A DNA stretch of 64,000 nucleotides from Candidatus Hadarchaeota archaeon (GTDB lineage Archaea > CAYQAE01 > CAYVLA01), in NCBI GenBank assembly GCA_964452145.1, contig CAYVLA010000004.1, forward strand, positions 1 through 64,000, in the 5' to 3' direction. The notes below the pieces were generated by a model. That model was given only the letters and a program-made list of their open reading frames with translations, did no database searches and was not told where the DNA came from. This document shows, piece by piece, positions 39,137 to 48,282 of this stretch; within the stretch, counting starts at the first letter, position 1; each line of letters starts with the position of its first letter. The translations under genes and the position numbers were made by a program.

Positions 39137-40051
39137 CTAAGTCTTGGGCGCCGGCCTGGGGGGATCAAACGCGTTCACTATGTACTCCGGCTCGACCTCG
39201 TTCTCGCTGATCTGTATGATCTGCATCACCTCGGTGATGGCCCGGCTGTAGGTTCCGTCCCTTAGGGGCATCTTGCTCGAGTCGATGGACATCACCACCG
39301 ACAGCATGTCGTTTCGTCTGACATCTTCGAACCGAGCTATCCCTCGAGGCGGAACACCCAGAGTTGACAGCACTCCCTGCATGATCTCGCCTTCCCCCGT
39401 GACTCCGTAGTAGGTCGACCTGTCGTCGTTTCTCTGCACTGTCAACTCCTCGATGCTGATTACCCGATTTATGTAGAAGTCAGCCACTCCGATGTAGAAG
39501 TATGCGAGTTTCCGGTTTTCATCGAAGAGGCAGGCGAAGGCGTCGTAGTAGTCCCAAAGGTGGCCTCTGCCGTAGACCGGCCTCTGTAAGGAGTGCATGA
39601 TCGTTTCTGGCACGGCATGCAATACGATCTCGGAGAAGTCGTATAGGTACGCCTCGTACTTCTTCCTGACCTTGGTATCATGGTCCAACCAGTGGGTCAG
39701 CTCCATGGAAAACTGGCTGATCTGGGGTTCGATCCCGACGGCCCTCGACGTGTCCAAGTAGCTCTTGATGCTCGGCACCTGCTCGCAGATCTCGGCGGGT
39801 TCTCCCTCCCATATCCGGTCCTGCACCAGGTCGGTGCGGTTCACGAGGGCGAAGTGGGAAAGCCGCAAGGAGCCCATTGACCGCTTGGCGAGTAACGTGA
39901 TCCCCGAAACCACCCTGCTGCGCCCCGAGACCCCATACTCGGCCTTCACTATTGCGTAGGAGCCCTCCTCCCCGACCATGAAGGCGGTCACAAGCGTCGA
40001 GACCAGAAGTGCTATCATGACGACTCCGGCAAGGCTTCTCGCGCCCTTCAT
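39137..40051 (-). CDS. Hypothetical secreted or N-terminally anchored protein
   Basis: Hydrophobic N-terminus (LAGVVMIALLVSTLVTAFMV); ATGA overlap with paralog copy 2. Confidence 0.7.
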   Translation of the reverse strand: MKGARSLAGVVMIALLVSTLVTAFMVGEEGSYAIVKAEYGVSGRSRVVSGITLLAKRSMGSLRLSHFALVNRTDLVQDRIWEGEPAEICEQVPSIKSYLDTSRAVGIEPQISQFSMELTHWLDHDTKVRKKYEAYLYDFSEIVLHAVPETIMHSLQRPVYGRGHLWDYYDAFACLFDENRKLAYFYIGVADFYINRVISIEELTVQRNDDRSTYYGVTGEGEIMQGVLSTLGVPPRGIARFEDVRRNDMLSVVMSIDSSKMPLRDGTYSRAITEVMQIIQISENEVEPEYIVNAFDPPRPAPKT

Positions 40052-41244
40052 TGCCGATCCGCCTCGCGTGGCGTACCCCGGGTCACGGCTACCTCCCGGT
40101 AAAGCTTCCTACGGACCATCAGGGCCCATATGACGACCCCGGTGACGAGGGACGTTGCCGACACCGCCGACCATTCGATGACGTATACCCAGAGCAGGGC
40201 TTGGTCTCTCAGCTCGGTTGCCTTCGCGTTGATCCGGTCAAACATGGACGAAGCATCTCGGAGAACCTCGCTTGCCTCATCGTATCGCTGGTCGATGTAG
40301 AGGCCTTCAGCCATCTTCCGCATGGGGGTCGCTTCGGCCAGCATCAACTCCACAGGTCGGGTGTTGGCCCCGAACCTGTCGATGAAGTCGATCATGCCGA
40401 TGACGAACGCTCTCTGATCCCTGAAGGTCTCCAGCTGCTCCCTCACCCGGTGCACCAGCTCAAGGTCCTCCGGGATCTCAACTCCCCCGGCCAGGTAGAC
40501 ATGGTTGATGAAGTAGTCCTTGTAGTACTTCCATTCGTAGTAGGGCTGGATGAATCGCTCGATTCCCATGGAGTTGGCAAGCGCCATCCCCTCCCCATAG
40601 CGCCGGCTGAGTATCGCTGCTTCGCGGCCCTTCCTGTAGACCGCCCAGGCTATGGTCCCGGGTCTGGGTAGGTGGATGCCCTGCTTGTCCGCGAATGCGA
40701 TCTGCTCCAACATCGGCAGGTCGATGAACGGGCCATGGGTCACTATGTCGAGGTAGGCACACGGCAGATTCTGCTCTCCCAGGACCATGTCGCAAGGATA
40801 GGCATCGTATAGCACGGTGTGGGTCCAGTCCTCGCAGGCGTTCCCGGTCCAGTCTGCTATCCCGTACCATCCCATCTCGCTGAGCATCATGCCCGTTCCC
40901 TCCTCCTCGATGGACTGCCTCATCCATACGAAGTGATGGTTTTCGAATCCCCAGGGTACCAGGTCCGAGAGAATGAAGACGTCGACTCGAGACACCCAGT
41001 CCTGGTAGTTCCTCGGCATGTAGATCCTCATGAAGCGATCCATATAGGCCGCGTGGGTGGCATCGCCGGCGGGGATGTTGACAGCTATGATTTTGGGGTC
41101 GGTCATCAGTATGTTCGGGGTGAACGACCAGCCCTCGCCGAACAGCAGGACGTTGAATCTGTTCGTCTCAGGGTCCACCTTGCTGTGGACAGGGAATACT
41201 CCAAGGAGCAATATGATCAAGGCCAGAAGGTCTGTGCGATCCAT
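40048..41244 (-). CDS. Secreted, C-terminally membrane-anchored protein, paralog family copy 2
   Basis: Signal peptide, RFMRIYMPR, ALLWVYVIEW..WALMVRRKLYREVAVTR. Confidence 0.8.
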   Translation of the reverse strand: MDRTDLLALIILLLGVFPVHSKVDPETNRFNVLLFGEGWSFTPNILMTDPKIIAVNIPAGDATHAAYMDRFMRIYMPRNYQDWVSRVDVFILSDLVPWGFENHHFVWMRQSIEEEGTGMMLSEMGWYGIADWTGNACEDWTHTVLYDAYPCDMVLGEQNLPCAYLDIVTHGPFIDLPMLEQIAFADKQGIHLPRPGTIAWAVYRKGREAAILSRRYGEGMALANSMGIERFIQPYYEWKYYKDYFINHVYLAGGVEIPEDLELVHRVREQLETFRDQRAFVIGMIDFIDRFGANTRPVELMLAEATPMRKMAEGLYIDQRYDEASEVLRDASSMFDRINAKATELRDQALLWVYVIEWSAVSATSLVTGVVIWALMVRRKLYREVAVTRGTPREADRQ

Positions 41245-41287
41245 CCCACCGCCCCTGGATTCCGGTGTCTGCAGTGCGCCGCTTTTG

Positions 41288-42289
41288 CTAATTAAGATTA
41301 CCGAGCATGGGTTCAGTCTTCTGCTTCAGGAGGCCGAGTTGGCGAAGAACCTTCTTGGTCTCGGCCACGCACAGCCTCAGAGCATCCTCGGGCTCCCCCT
41401 CATTCCTCAGGCCGGCCGCACCTGCGTGGCCGCCGCCTTCCCCCCCTGTTCGAGATGCCACGGTCTGCATTATCTGGGCGAGATTGAACCCCTTACCAAC
41501 GAGATCCATCCTGGCCCTTCCGCTGAGGGCTAATACCTTCTTCTTCCTGCCCGCTGCGAAGGCGATGTCGGCCCCCAGATGGATGAGGCTCGATGCTACG
41601 TCTCCCTGGAAGCTGCTCACCTGGGTGGTGGCTATGATGTAGCCGCGGCTGGTCTTGATGGCCATCCTGGACGCGCCCTTCAGACATGCCATCTTCAGAG
41701 AGGGATCAAGTGGCGTCTTCAGAAATGTGAAGACCTCCCTGATCTCCACGCCACTTGAAGCACTGATGCGCGCTATTCGTTCCAGCGTCGATCTTACGGC
41801 GAGCTTCAGATCCGAGGTATCGGCCAAAATGCCGGAGAGGAGCTGCACCGCGACCCCCGGCTTTATCCCTGCTAGAATGCCCTTGGACATGAGGTACTCG
41901 GCGAACTCCAAGATCATCTCGGAGGTGGAGGCGTACTGGGTTGAGGTGAAGGCGAAGGCCGCCGCTGCAGCTTCCCCGCCCTGGTGGTGGTCTATCACGG
42001 CGAGCTCCCTGTCGTTCACCCCCGGTCGCGGCAGTGCGTCCACGAAGATGCCAAGGTCGAAGGATTCGGAGGGCTCGGACCTGGCCACGCACTGCCCCGA
42101 CCTTTCGATCAGCACCTTGCCTATCTTGCTCACCGTAGGGGCGATCACGATCGGTCTCTTTCCGATCTCCTCCAGGATGAGCTTGAGGGCAAGACAGGAA
42201 CCCATCGCATCGGCATCGGCGTTCTCGTGGGTTCTTATCGCTATGGTGTCCGATCTGCTCACAAGCCTCAGAAGATCTTCGAAGTCCAT
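41288..42289 (-). CDS. DHH family phosphoesterase
   Basis: THENADADAMGS, VIDHH, GILADT and GGGHAGAAG. Confidence 0.92.
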   Translation of the reverse strand: MDFEDLLRLVSRSDTIAIRTHENADADAMGSCLALKLILEEIGKRPIVIAPTVSKIGKVLIERSGQCVARSEPSESFDLGIFVDALPRPGVNDRELAVIDHHQGGEAAAAAFAFTSTQYASTSEMILEFAEYLMSKGILAGIKPGVAVQLLSGILADTSDLKLAVRSTLERIARISASSGVEIREVFTFLKTPLDPSLKMACLKGASRMAIKTSRGYIIATTQVSSFQGDVASSLIHLGADIAFAAGRKKKVLALSGRARMDLVGKGFNLAQIMQTVASRTGGEGGGHAGAAGLRNEGEPEDALRLCVAETKKVLRQLGLLKQKTEPMLGNLN

Positions 42290-42292
42290 CTA

Positions 42293-42661
42293 TCATCCGG
42301 CCGGGGCTGCCCGTTCCTGTCCTCCGGTCATGCTGCGCAGCTTGGTCTCCATCTCCTTCATACGGTTGACGATCTTGGTTTCCTGCCTCTGGTGAACCTT
42401 TATCCTTAGGTCGAGGGTCTCGATCCTCTCCGCAAGCTCCTTCTTGGCCTCGTCCCTGTCGACTCTCATCATCAGGTTGCCGACGCTCTTGTAGACGATG
42501 TCATCGGGCTGTAGCTTGTCCAGTTCCTCCGAGGCGGTCTTGGCCTCGCTCAGCTGGGTCTCCAGCCGTCGTTTCTGGAGGGCTATCTCCTGATACTGCT
42601 GTCTGATCTGTTGATACTGCCCAAGCTGATGCTTGAGCTGTTGGGGTAGCTCGCTTTCCAT
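42293..42661 (-). CDS. pfdB: Prefoldin subunit beta
   Basis: MESELPQQLKHQL..VYKSVGNLM coiled coil; canonical superoperon position. Confidence 0.92.
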   Translation of the reverse strand: MESELPQQLKHQLGQYQQIRQQYQEIALQKRRLETQLSEAKTASEELDKLQPDDIVYKSVGNLMMRVDRDEAKKELAERIETLDLRIKVHQRQETKIVNRMKEMETKLRSMTGGQERAAPAG

Positions 42662-42663
42662 AT

Positions 42664-42909
42664 TCAACCTTCTCCCGCAATCTCGGCCATCCTTCGGGCG
42701 AGTATGAACCACCTTAGGTAGGAATTCACGGCGGCCCTCATGCTCGTCAGATCATGGGAGGTGATCTCAAGGGCCACCCGGTTCCCCTCTCTGCTCAGGG
42801 CGACCCGGGTTCGTCCGGACGGCGCTGAGGCTTGCTCCGGCATTATCGCACCGAGTATGGACGATGCGGATCTGTCGTCTTTGAAGCGCATCTCCACGTG
42901 GCACCTCAA
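42664..42909 (-). CDS. pcc1: KEOPS complex subunit Pcc1
   Basis: LEITSHDLTSMRAAVNSYLRW motif. Confidence 0.88.
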   Translation of the reverse strand: MRCHVEMRFKDDRSASSILGAIMPEQASAPSGRTRVALSREGNRVALEITSHDLTSMRAAVNSYLRWFILARRMAEIAGEG

Positions 42910-42913
42910 GATC

Positions 42914-43066
42914 CTACCTTGCCTTGATCCTCTTTGGTCTCTCGGGAGGCCTGATCTTGTAGAGAATCCTGTAGCCGCAGTAGTTGCACCTGACAGGCTC
43001 TCCCTCCTTGAGGCTGACCAGCCTTCCGCAGTTCCGGCACTTGTACCGGGGTTTCGGCTCTTCCAT
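42914..43066 (-). CDS. rpo12: DNA-directed RNA polymerase subunit P (Rpo12); absent from the supplied ORF track
   Basis: Manual translation: MEEPKPRYKCRNCGRLVSLKEGEPVRCNYCGYRILYKIRPPERPKRIKAR* (50 aa). Confidence 0.93.
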   Translation of the reverse strand: MEEPKPRYKCRNCGRLVSLKEGEPVRCNYCGYRILYKIRPPERPKRIKAR

Positions 43067-43070
43067 GGTT

Positions 43071-43319
43071 CTACCCACTTGCTTCAGCGCGGGCGCCCGT
43101 CAAAGTCGCCCCGGGAGAGTAGGCCCCGCCAGCGAAGATGCTTCCACACTTGGAGCATTTCCACATTCCCGTCCCGGCTCTCCTTAGAGCCATCCTGCCG
43201 CATTGGGGGCACTCGTAGGTCGCCCTGGACTTGTCATACACGGCGCGGGCCTGTTTCCGCAGCTTCCAGCCGTATCTGGCACCCAGTCGCCCCGACGATC
43301 CAACCTTCTTGGTCTTCAA
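43071..43319 (-). CDS. rpl37ae: 50S ribosomal protein L37Ae (eL43)
   Basis: GRLGARYG, CPQC..GMWKCSKC..FAGGAY. Confidence 0.95.
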   Translation of the reverse strand: MKTKKVGSSGRLGARYGWKLRKQARAVYDKSRATYECPQCGRMALRRAGTGMWKCSKCGSIFAGGAYSPGATLTGARAEASG

Positions 43320-44125
43320 CTCTTCGCCTCCAAGTCCAGGCTCTTCCTGAGGTTCGCCACGGTCTTCTTGGCCAGCTCAAGGGCTGCCTGTATATGGTCC
43401 TTGGACCATGGCCCAACCCCGGTCTTCTGGATGGCTCTAATATGTTCTTCCTCATCCAGGCCAAAGACGATCTTGCTGTCCATGGCGATCTCCTCCTCGT
43501 GAGTCGTGTCCACTAGGAGGGAATCTCCGAACTTGGCGACCGAACATGCCACCGGCGTTCGGCTGATGGGCAGAGGCTCCGTCTCCTCGAGCGTGACCAC
43601 CTCGCCGTCCTTGTACACCGTCTTCTTGGACTTGGTCGTTCGCAGGGCCAGCAGGGACGCCAGCGTGGCCCCATCGATGAGGTTTCCGCTGTCATCCAGT
43701 ATGTGTATGTCGAGGAAGACGACCTTAACCGACTTCCGGGGCTCAAGGCAGAGCTTGCCCATGTCGATCATCTTGGATTCCCTGACGGAGCGATCAACCA
43801 CCCTGGCGATCTCTATGTACTTCTCATTGGACAAGGGCGGTCCGGACTCTACCTCGGGGGCCGCCATGGGGACAAGTTCGGCCGAAGTTATCAATACGCC
43901 TTGGTCGGGGGAGTCGGGATAGGGTTCTCCGAATGAGGTCTTCACCGCCACAAGTATCTGAGTGTCTCCAAGCCGCAGGAGGCAGGAGCCCTCCGCCGTC
44001 GATATCACATCGGTCTCGTAGGTGATCGGTCGATACTCATCGAATGCTCTTCCGTCGGGCCTCTTGCCCTGGGCGACCAGGCCACGAATGCTCTCCCTCT
44101 TGACCTGTTCCAGCACTTCCGCCAT
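43316..44125 (-). CDS. rrp42: Exosome complex component Rrp42
   Basis: RPDGRAFDEYR, AEGSC.LRLGDT, EIARVVDRSVRES and DDSGNLID. Confidence 0.95.
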   Translation of the reverse strand: MAEVLEQVKRESIRGLVAQGKRPDGRAFDEYRPITYETDVISTAEGSCLLRLGDTQILVAVKTSFGEPYPDSPDQGVLITSAELVPMAAPEVESGPPLSNEKYIEIARVVDRSVRESKMIDMGKLCLEPRKSVKVVFLDIHILDDSGNLIDGATLASLLALRTTKSKKTVYKDGEVVTLEETEPLPISRTPVACSVAKFGDSLLVDTTHEEEIAMDSKIVFGLDEEEHIRAIQKTGVGPWSKDHIQAALELAKKTVANLRKSLDLEAKS

Positions 44126-44129
44126 GCGA

Positions 44130-44843
44130 TCACTGCCCCCTGTAACGATCCATCAACGCGGTCCTCTGCAGCTCATGAAGTCGGTCGACCACGCCCAGGG
44201 CGTAATCCAGCCCCTTGGAGAACTCCTCCTCAGTCATCTCCCCATCCATCTGCAGAAGGGTGATCAGCCTCTTGCGGGGCATCACAGCCAGCGGCATATC
44301 CGCATCGCCAAGGTTGTCCTCGTACTTGTCCAGATCAAGACAGACCTCTCCGTCGACCTTGCCCGCAGCTACTGCCACGACCAGATCCCTCATGGGTATG
44401 CCAGCATCGGCCAGCGCCAGCGAAGCGGCATTGATCCCCGTGCATCTGGTCCCGGCATCGGCCTGCAGCACCTCTATGTTGAGGTCTATGCTGGATCTCG
44501 GGTAGAGGTTCAAGAAGAGCGCCGGCATTAGGGCCTCCTTGGTCACCTTGGATATCTCGGTCGATCTCCTATCGGGTCCGGGACGCTTTCGGTCCTCGAC
44601 CGAAAAGGATGCCATGCTGTATCTCACCTGCAGTATCGCGGAGTCGGACTCCTGCAAGTGTCTGGGATGGGTCTCCCTGGGTCCGTAGACCGAAGCCATG
44701 ACCTTGTTCTTGCCCCATTCCACATAGCTGGACCCATCGGCCCTCTTGAGGGGGCTCACCCTCATCTTAATGGGTCGAAGCTCGTCTGGGCCTCGTCCGT
44801 CGAGGCGCTTTCCGTCCACCATCAGCTTCTTCGGCTTCTCCAA
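44130..44843 (-). CDS. rrp41: Exosome complex exonuclease Rrp41
   Basis: [33 protein letters not shown] and VLQADAGTR. Confidence 0.96.
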   Translation of the reverse strand: MEKPKKLMVDGKRLDGRGPDELRPIKMRVSPLKRADGSSYVEWGKNKVMASVYGPRETHPRHLQESDSAILQVRYSMASFSVEDRKRPGPDRRSTEISKVTKEALMPALFLNLYPRSSIDLNIEVLQADAGTRCTGINAASLALADAGIPMRDLVVAVAAGKVDGEVCLDLDKYEDNLGDADMPLAVMPRKRLITLLQMDGEMTEEEFSKGLDYALGVVDRLHELQRTALMDRYRGQ

Positions 44844-45531
44844 TTCCTGTCTCCTCCATCAGAAGGGTCTTCACTCTATTCGTGAGGCCTGAAGTATGGG
44901 CCTCGGCGTCTATCTTCTCCAGTATCCTTCGCAGCAGATCCTCCTTCTTGGGATCGCTGCAGCGTGCCCATACTATGCCGTTCTGACCCACCAGTATTTC
45001 TCGGCTTATGGCACGCTTCAGCATGGAGATCATGGATCCCTTTCTCCCGATCACGCGGGGCACCTTCGCCGGGCTCATGGTGAAGACCCTTCCACCCACA
45101 AGTTTCCTCAGCTCGGGCTCCTGCATGCTGAGCCTGATTTGCATGACCTCGTTCACGCTGATGACCTCTGCGTAGACCAGGTCTCCCGTTTTGAGTATGT
45201 CCTCGAGACTGCCTCCGATGACGTCGAAGTTGTAGGGCACCTCGGATACCCTGAGGATGCCGGGAGTGGGGCTACGAACATAGACCATCCATCCAAGGAA
45301 CTGGACCTCGGTCACCAGACCCACTACCCTGTCCCCCGGCTTGGGGATGTAGGGCCCCTCGAGGGGGATCACCCTCGCTGAATTGCCTCGGAGGTCGACC
45401 AGACCTATCACGGAGGAGTATATCTCATCTCCATCCCGGAAGACGCCCTCCTCCAGCCTGTACCTGCCTTTGGCGATGAGGGTTCCTGGGATCACCAAGG
45501 TTCTGTTGTCCGATTCCGTCATGCGATCCAC
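44767..45531 (-). CDS. rrp4: Exosome complex RNA-binding protein Rrp4
   Basis: [11 protein letters not shown] (S1), [13 protein letters not shown] (KH) and AHTSGLT. Confidence 0.94.
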   Translation of the reverse strand: MDRMTESDNRTLVIPGTLIAKGRYRLEEGVFRDGDEIYSSVIGLVDLRGNSARVIPLEGPYIPKPGDRVVGLVTEVQFLGWMVYVRSPTPGILRVSEVPYNFDVIGGSLEDILKTGDLVYAEVISVNEVMQIRLSMQEPELRKLVGGRVFTMSPAKVPRVIGRKGSMISMLKRAISREILVGQNGIVWARCSDPKKEDLLRRILEKIDAEAHTSGLTNRVKTLLMEETGIGEAEEADGGRKAPRRTRPRRASTH

Positions 45532-46233
45532 CTATTTCCTCTCGATAATCTTCGTTTCGGCTTCGCCGGAGGTCAACCTTCCCAGCATGGAGTAGAAATC
45601 CTGCTCGACTCCCACCGGGATTTCGATGATCCCGACCCAGGAACCATCTCGTTGCCACTCCTCCTTCCTCAGTTCCCCAAAGGCTTTGACATGCCCGTAA
45701 GCCTTACCCGTGTACTCTGGGGGAATCTTCACAGCGATTGCTCGAACTTCGAACCGGATGGGCAGGATTACCCTGAGATCCTTCACGATCTCCTTCACCT
45801 GGTTCTCGACGCTATCGAAAGGATCAACCCTTATCCTGGCCTCGGTCATCGCCTTCTCGACCCGGAGCGGTGGATGGGGGATTCCGGTTCTGGGGTCAAC
45901 CGCATTTCTGGAGATGAAAGAGACGATCCCTTTCCTTTTCTCCTCCACCAGGGCCCTCCTCTGGTCGGTCGTGAGCTGGATCTCGCCATCCTTGATTATC
46001 CTCTTGGCGATCTGCTCCAAGTCCTCGGTGCCGAAGACCTCTTTGATCCTGTCCTCGGAGGCTCTGTCTCCCTTCTTGGCATCCTTGAAGACCCCTCTGA
46101 CCGCTAGCAGATCCTCCAAGGCGACGTGCTCGCCTCTTCTGACCTTCGGCGTCAGGTAGGGATCGACGAGCAATTCGAAGTTGGAACCGTGCGACACGAG
46201 CCTGGCAACGACGGCATCGTCCACCTTCACCAC
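45532..46233 (-). CDS. Ribosome maturation protein SBDS/Sdo1
   Basis: MVKVDDAVVARL..FELLVDP, GEIQLTTDQRR and PHPPLRVE; GGAGG SD before GTG 46233. Confidence 0.94.
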   Translation of the reverse strand: MVKVDDAVVARLVSHGSNFELLVDPYLTPKVRRGEHVALEDLLAVRGVFKDAKKGDRASEDRIKEVFGTEDLEQIAKRIIKDGEIQLTTDQRRALVEEKRKGIVSFISRNAVDPRTGIPHPPLRVEKAMTEARIRVDPFDSVENQVKEIVKDLRVILPIRFEVRAIAVKIPPEYTGKAYGHVKAFGELRKEEWQRDGSWVGIIEIPVGVEQDFYSMLGRLTSGEAETKIIERK

Positions 46234-46417
46234 AGCTTCAACCCTCCGTAGAAGGAATCTCTTCGCATAATCGTTGCGGGGCGGAGATGGGGCAGGGCCC
46301 GGTCTTTCGGGCCGGGGGCTAGATCGGTTCCCACACAATTCCAAGGCATGCATGCGCCGTTTGGCTGGGGATGCGGGGATCTCCCGACGCCCTCGCACTG
46401 AAGTGGTGATGACAAAC

Positions 46418-46972
46418 CTACTCCTCGCTGTCGAGGCCCGATCCAAGAAAATCTAGGATAGTGAACCCAAAGGATCCGTCATCGCTCTCTAGGTCGATTC
46501 TGCCATCAGCGAAAACCTGTTTGAGCCTGAACTCTCTGCGACAGATCTTGACAGTGGATCCCGGGACGAGCGCCTTGATTGCAGCCAGTCTCCCGATTCT
46601 CCCCGGATCTTCCTCTTCATGTCTTCTTTCCGCTCTTTCGAGCACGCTGGGCCTCGATTTTCTAATAAATTTATCCTCACAAGCCCTAATGGTCCCCGAT
46701 ACGCCCAGCGTCCTGATGATCACGGGGCAGCCGTCTATCTCGGTCGTCAGGGCGAGCGATGCCCTGATTTCATGCAAGCCGGCGAGGTTGGTTCTCAGAA
46801 CCCCTCTCTGGGTCTCGGCCGAAAATGAGACGAGCCATGGCGAGGAAAGCTGAAAGCATTTCTCGCCCGCGAACCTGAGATGGTTTCTCACAATGCTGTT
46901 GCGCACGCTTCCCTCGTCGAACTTGCCCGCTCCGATGATCTCGAATGCCAGGTACCGCCTCTTGGTCCTCAT
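46418..46972 (-). CDS. rnp2: RNase P protein component 2 (Pop5/Rpp14) with C-terminal extension
   Basis: RTKRRYLAFEI and TLGVSGTIRAC. Confidence 0.88.
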   Translation of the reverse strand: MRTKRRYLAFEIIGAGKFDEGSVRNSIVRNHLRFAGEKCFQLSSPWLVSFSAETQRGVLRTNLAGLHEIRASLALTTEIDGCPVIIRTLGVSGTIRACEDKFIRKSRPSVLERAERRHEEEDPGRIGRLAAIKALVPGSTVKICRREFRLKQVFADGRIDLESDDGSFGFTILDFLGSGLDSEE

Positions 46973-47589
46973 GTCAGTCCCCTGCGCTCCATTGCTTCTT
47001 GAACGACGCTCTCAGGTGCGGAGGTAACCCAGTCGATCGTCTCCTCAAACGCTATTCCCAGACAGGCGGAGAGAGTGTACGCGATATCCCGCGGATCCCG
47101 CATGAGGTAGCTGTCATCCGCGGCCGAAACGACAAGCTCCCGGCATCCGAATCTCCTGCAGTCCCTGTGCATGGAGATCCATCTGCGGATCAATGCCGAC
47201 CTTCTCGTCAGCCTCTCCTTCAACAGATCCGAAAATGCGTATGCGACCGGGACCTGATTCTCTGCGGCGAATCTGAGGGCCACAACATCATCGGTGTCCG
47301 GGATTATGTAGTCGGCGGTGCCCGAGCCGGCCGATCTCCTTGCCGCCCTGCCCCCCGCGATCCTGAGGTCAGCTTTCTTGGCGTTTTTGGAGCCATCGTC
47401 GGCGACGAACAGGGTCCTGATCCCGGGGACGGGGGCGGAGGCGCTGGGGTCCCAGAATCCGCGGGATCGGAAGATACCTAGAGTGGAATACCCAAGTTCA
47501 GCCGCGGTCCACTGGAGGCGTGCCGGTGTGTCGATCCCGCCTGCCCCGATGGGACAGGCCAAGAGATCGAGGTATTGACTGGCCATCAC
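46969..47589 (-). CDS. rnp3: RNase P protein component 3 (Rpp30)
   Basis: AAELGY, FAAENQV, VVSAA..MRDPRD; lies between rpl15e and rnp2. Confidence 0.8.
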   Translation of the reverse strand: MMASQYLDLLACPIGAGGIDTPARLQWTAAELGYSTLGIFRSRGFWDPSASAPVPGIRTLFVADDGSKNAKKADLRIAGGRAARRSAGSGTADYIIPDTDDVVALRFAAENQVPVAYAFSDLLKERLTRRSALIRRWISMHRDCRRFGCRELVVSAADDSYLMRDPRDIAYTLSACLGIAFEETIDWVTSAPESVVQEAMERRGLT

Positions 47590-47615
47590 GGCTCATTCCG
47601 GTGCGATCCGGGAGG

Positions 47616-48173
47616 TCACCTAGCCTTCTCGTGACCCTTTCCCGTCCCTCTCAAACCCCGGCCCTTACGCCCGGCTGAGGTCAGTCCCCTGAAAGCACGG
47701 CGTCTATGGCTCTTGTCGCAGATCCAGTTGATATCGGGGTCAAGGCTGATTGCGGGGTGGTGGGTGTCTACAAGCAGAACTTCGAAGTACTTACTTTGGC
47801 CATCGCTTCCGACCCAGTAGGAGTTGAGCACCTCTAGGTTGGGAAACCTCCTGTTGACCCTTTCCTCCGCGATCCTTTGCAGAGACTTCTTGGGGGCGAG
47901 ATGATGGACCAACATGCGTCTGGGGCGTCTGCCTTTCTTGGGCCGGCTCTTCCTTCGCCCTCCCCTCCTCACCCGGGCTCTCGCAATGGTGAATCCGGGC
48001 TTAGCTTTGTACCCGAGCTTACGGGCGCGGTCGAGTCTCGTCGGCTTGTCAACCTTGACAATGGAGGGCTCCTTCCGCCACCGAATCATTCTCTGCTTGA
48101 GGAGTTCGCCAACGTAGGAATCCTCGGGCCTATCCCAAGCCTTCTCAATGGCTTTGTACATCGTCGTCGTCAT
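47616..48173 (-). CDS. rpl15e: 50S ribosomal protein L15e
   Basis: [37 protein letters not shown] and FRGLTSAG. Confidence 0.97.
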   Translation of the reverse strand: MTTTMYKAIEKAWDRPEDSYVGELLKQRMIRWRKEPSIVKVDKPTRLDRARKLGYKAKPGFTIARARVRRGGRRKSRPKKGRRPRRMLVHHLAPKKSLQRIAEERVNRRFPNLEVLNSYWVGSDGQSKYFEVLLVDTHHPAISLDPDINWICDKSHRRRAFRGLTSAGRKGRGLRGTGKGHEKAR

Positions 48174-48282
48174 CGTGGCCCCTCCTGTCGTTCAGGTCGA
48201 AAGACCCACATCCTGGGGGCAGGATAGCATTAAGAAGAACTCGGCTTAAATATGGTTCATCAACAAGTACCGGTGATGTCCT

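Noticed and set aside
46296..46320. Archaeal SECIS-like element
   Set aside because: Lacks a clear GAA/A internal loop geometry, and no in-frame UGA selenoprotein candidate is nearby.
46234..46446. 70-aa N-terminal extension of SBDS in the ORF track, or an Imp4/Brix-like VITTS remnant
   Set aside because: The SD and family N-terminus place the start at 46233; a 5-residue similarity is not sufficient evidence.
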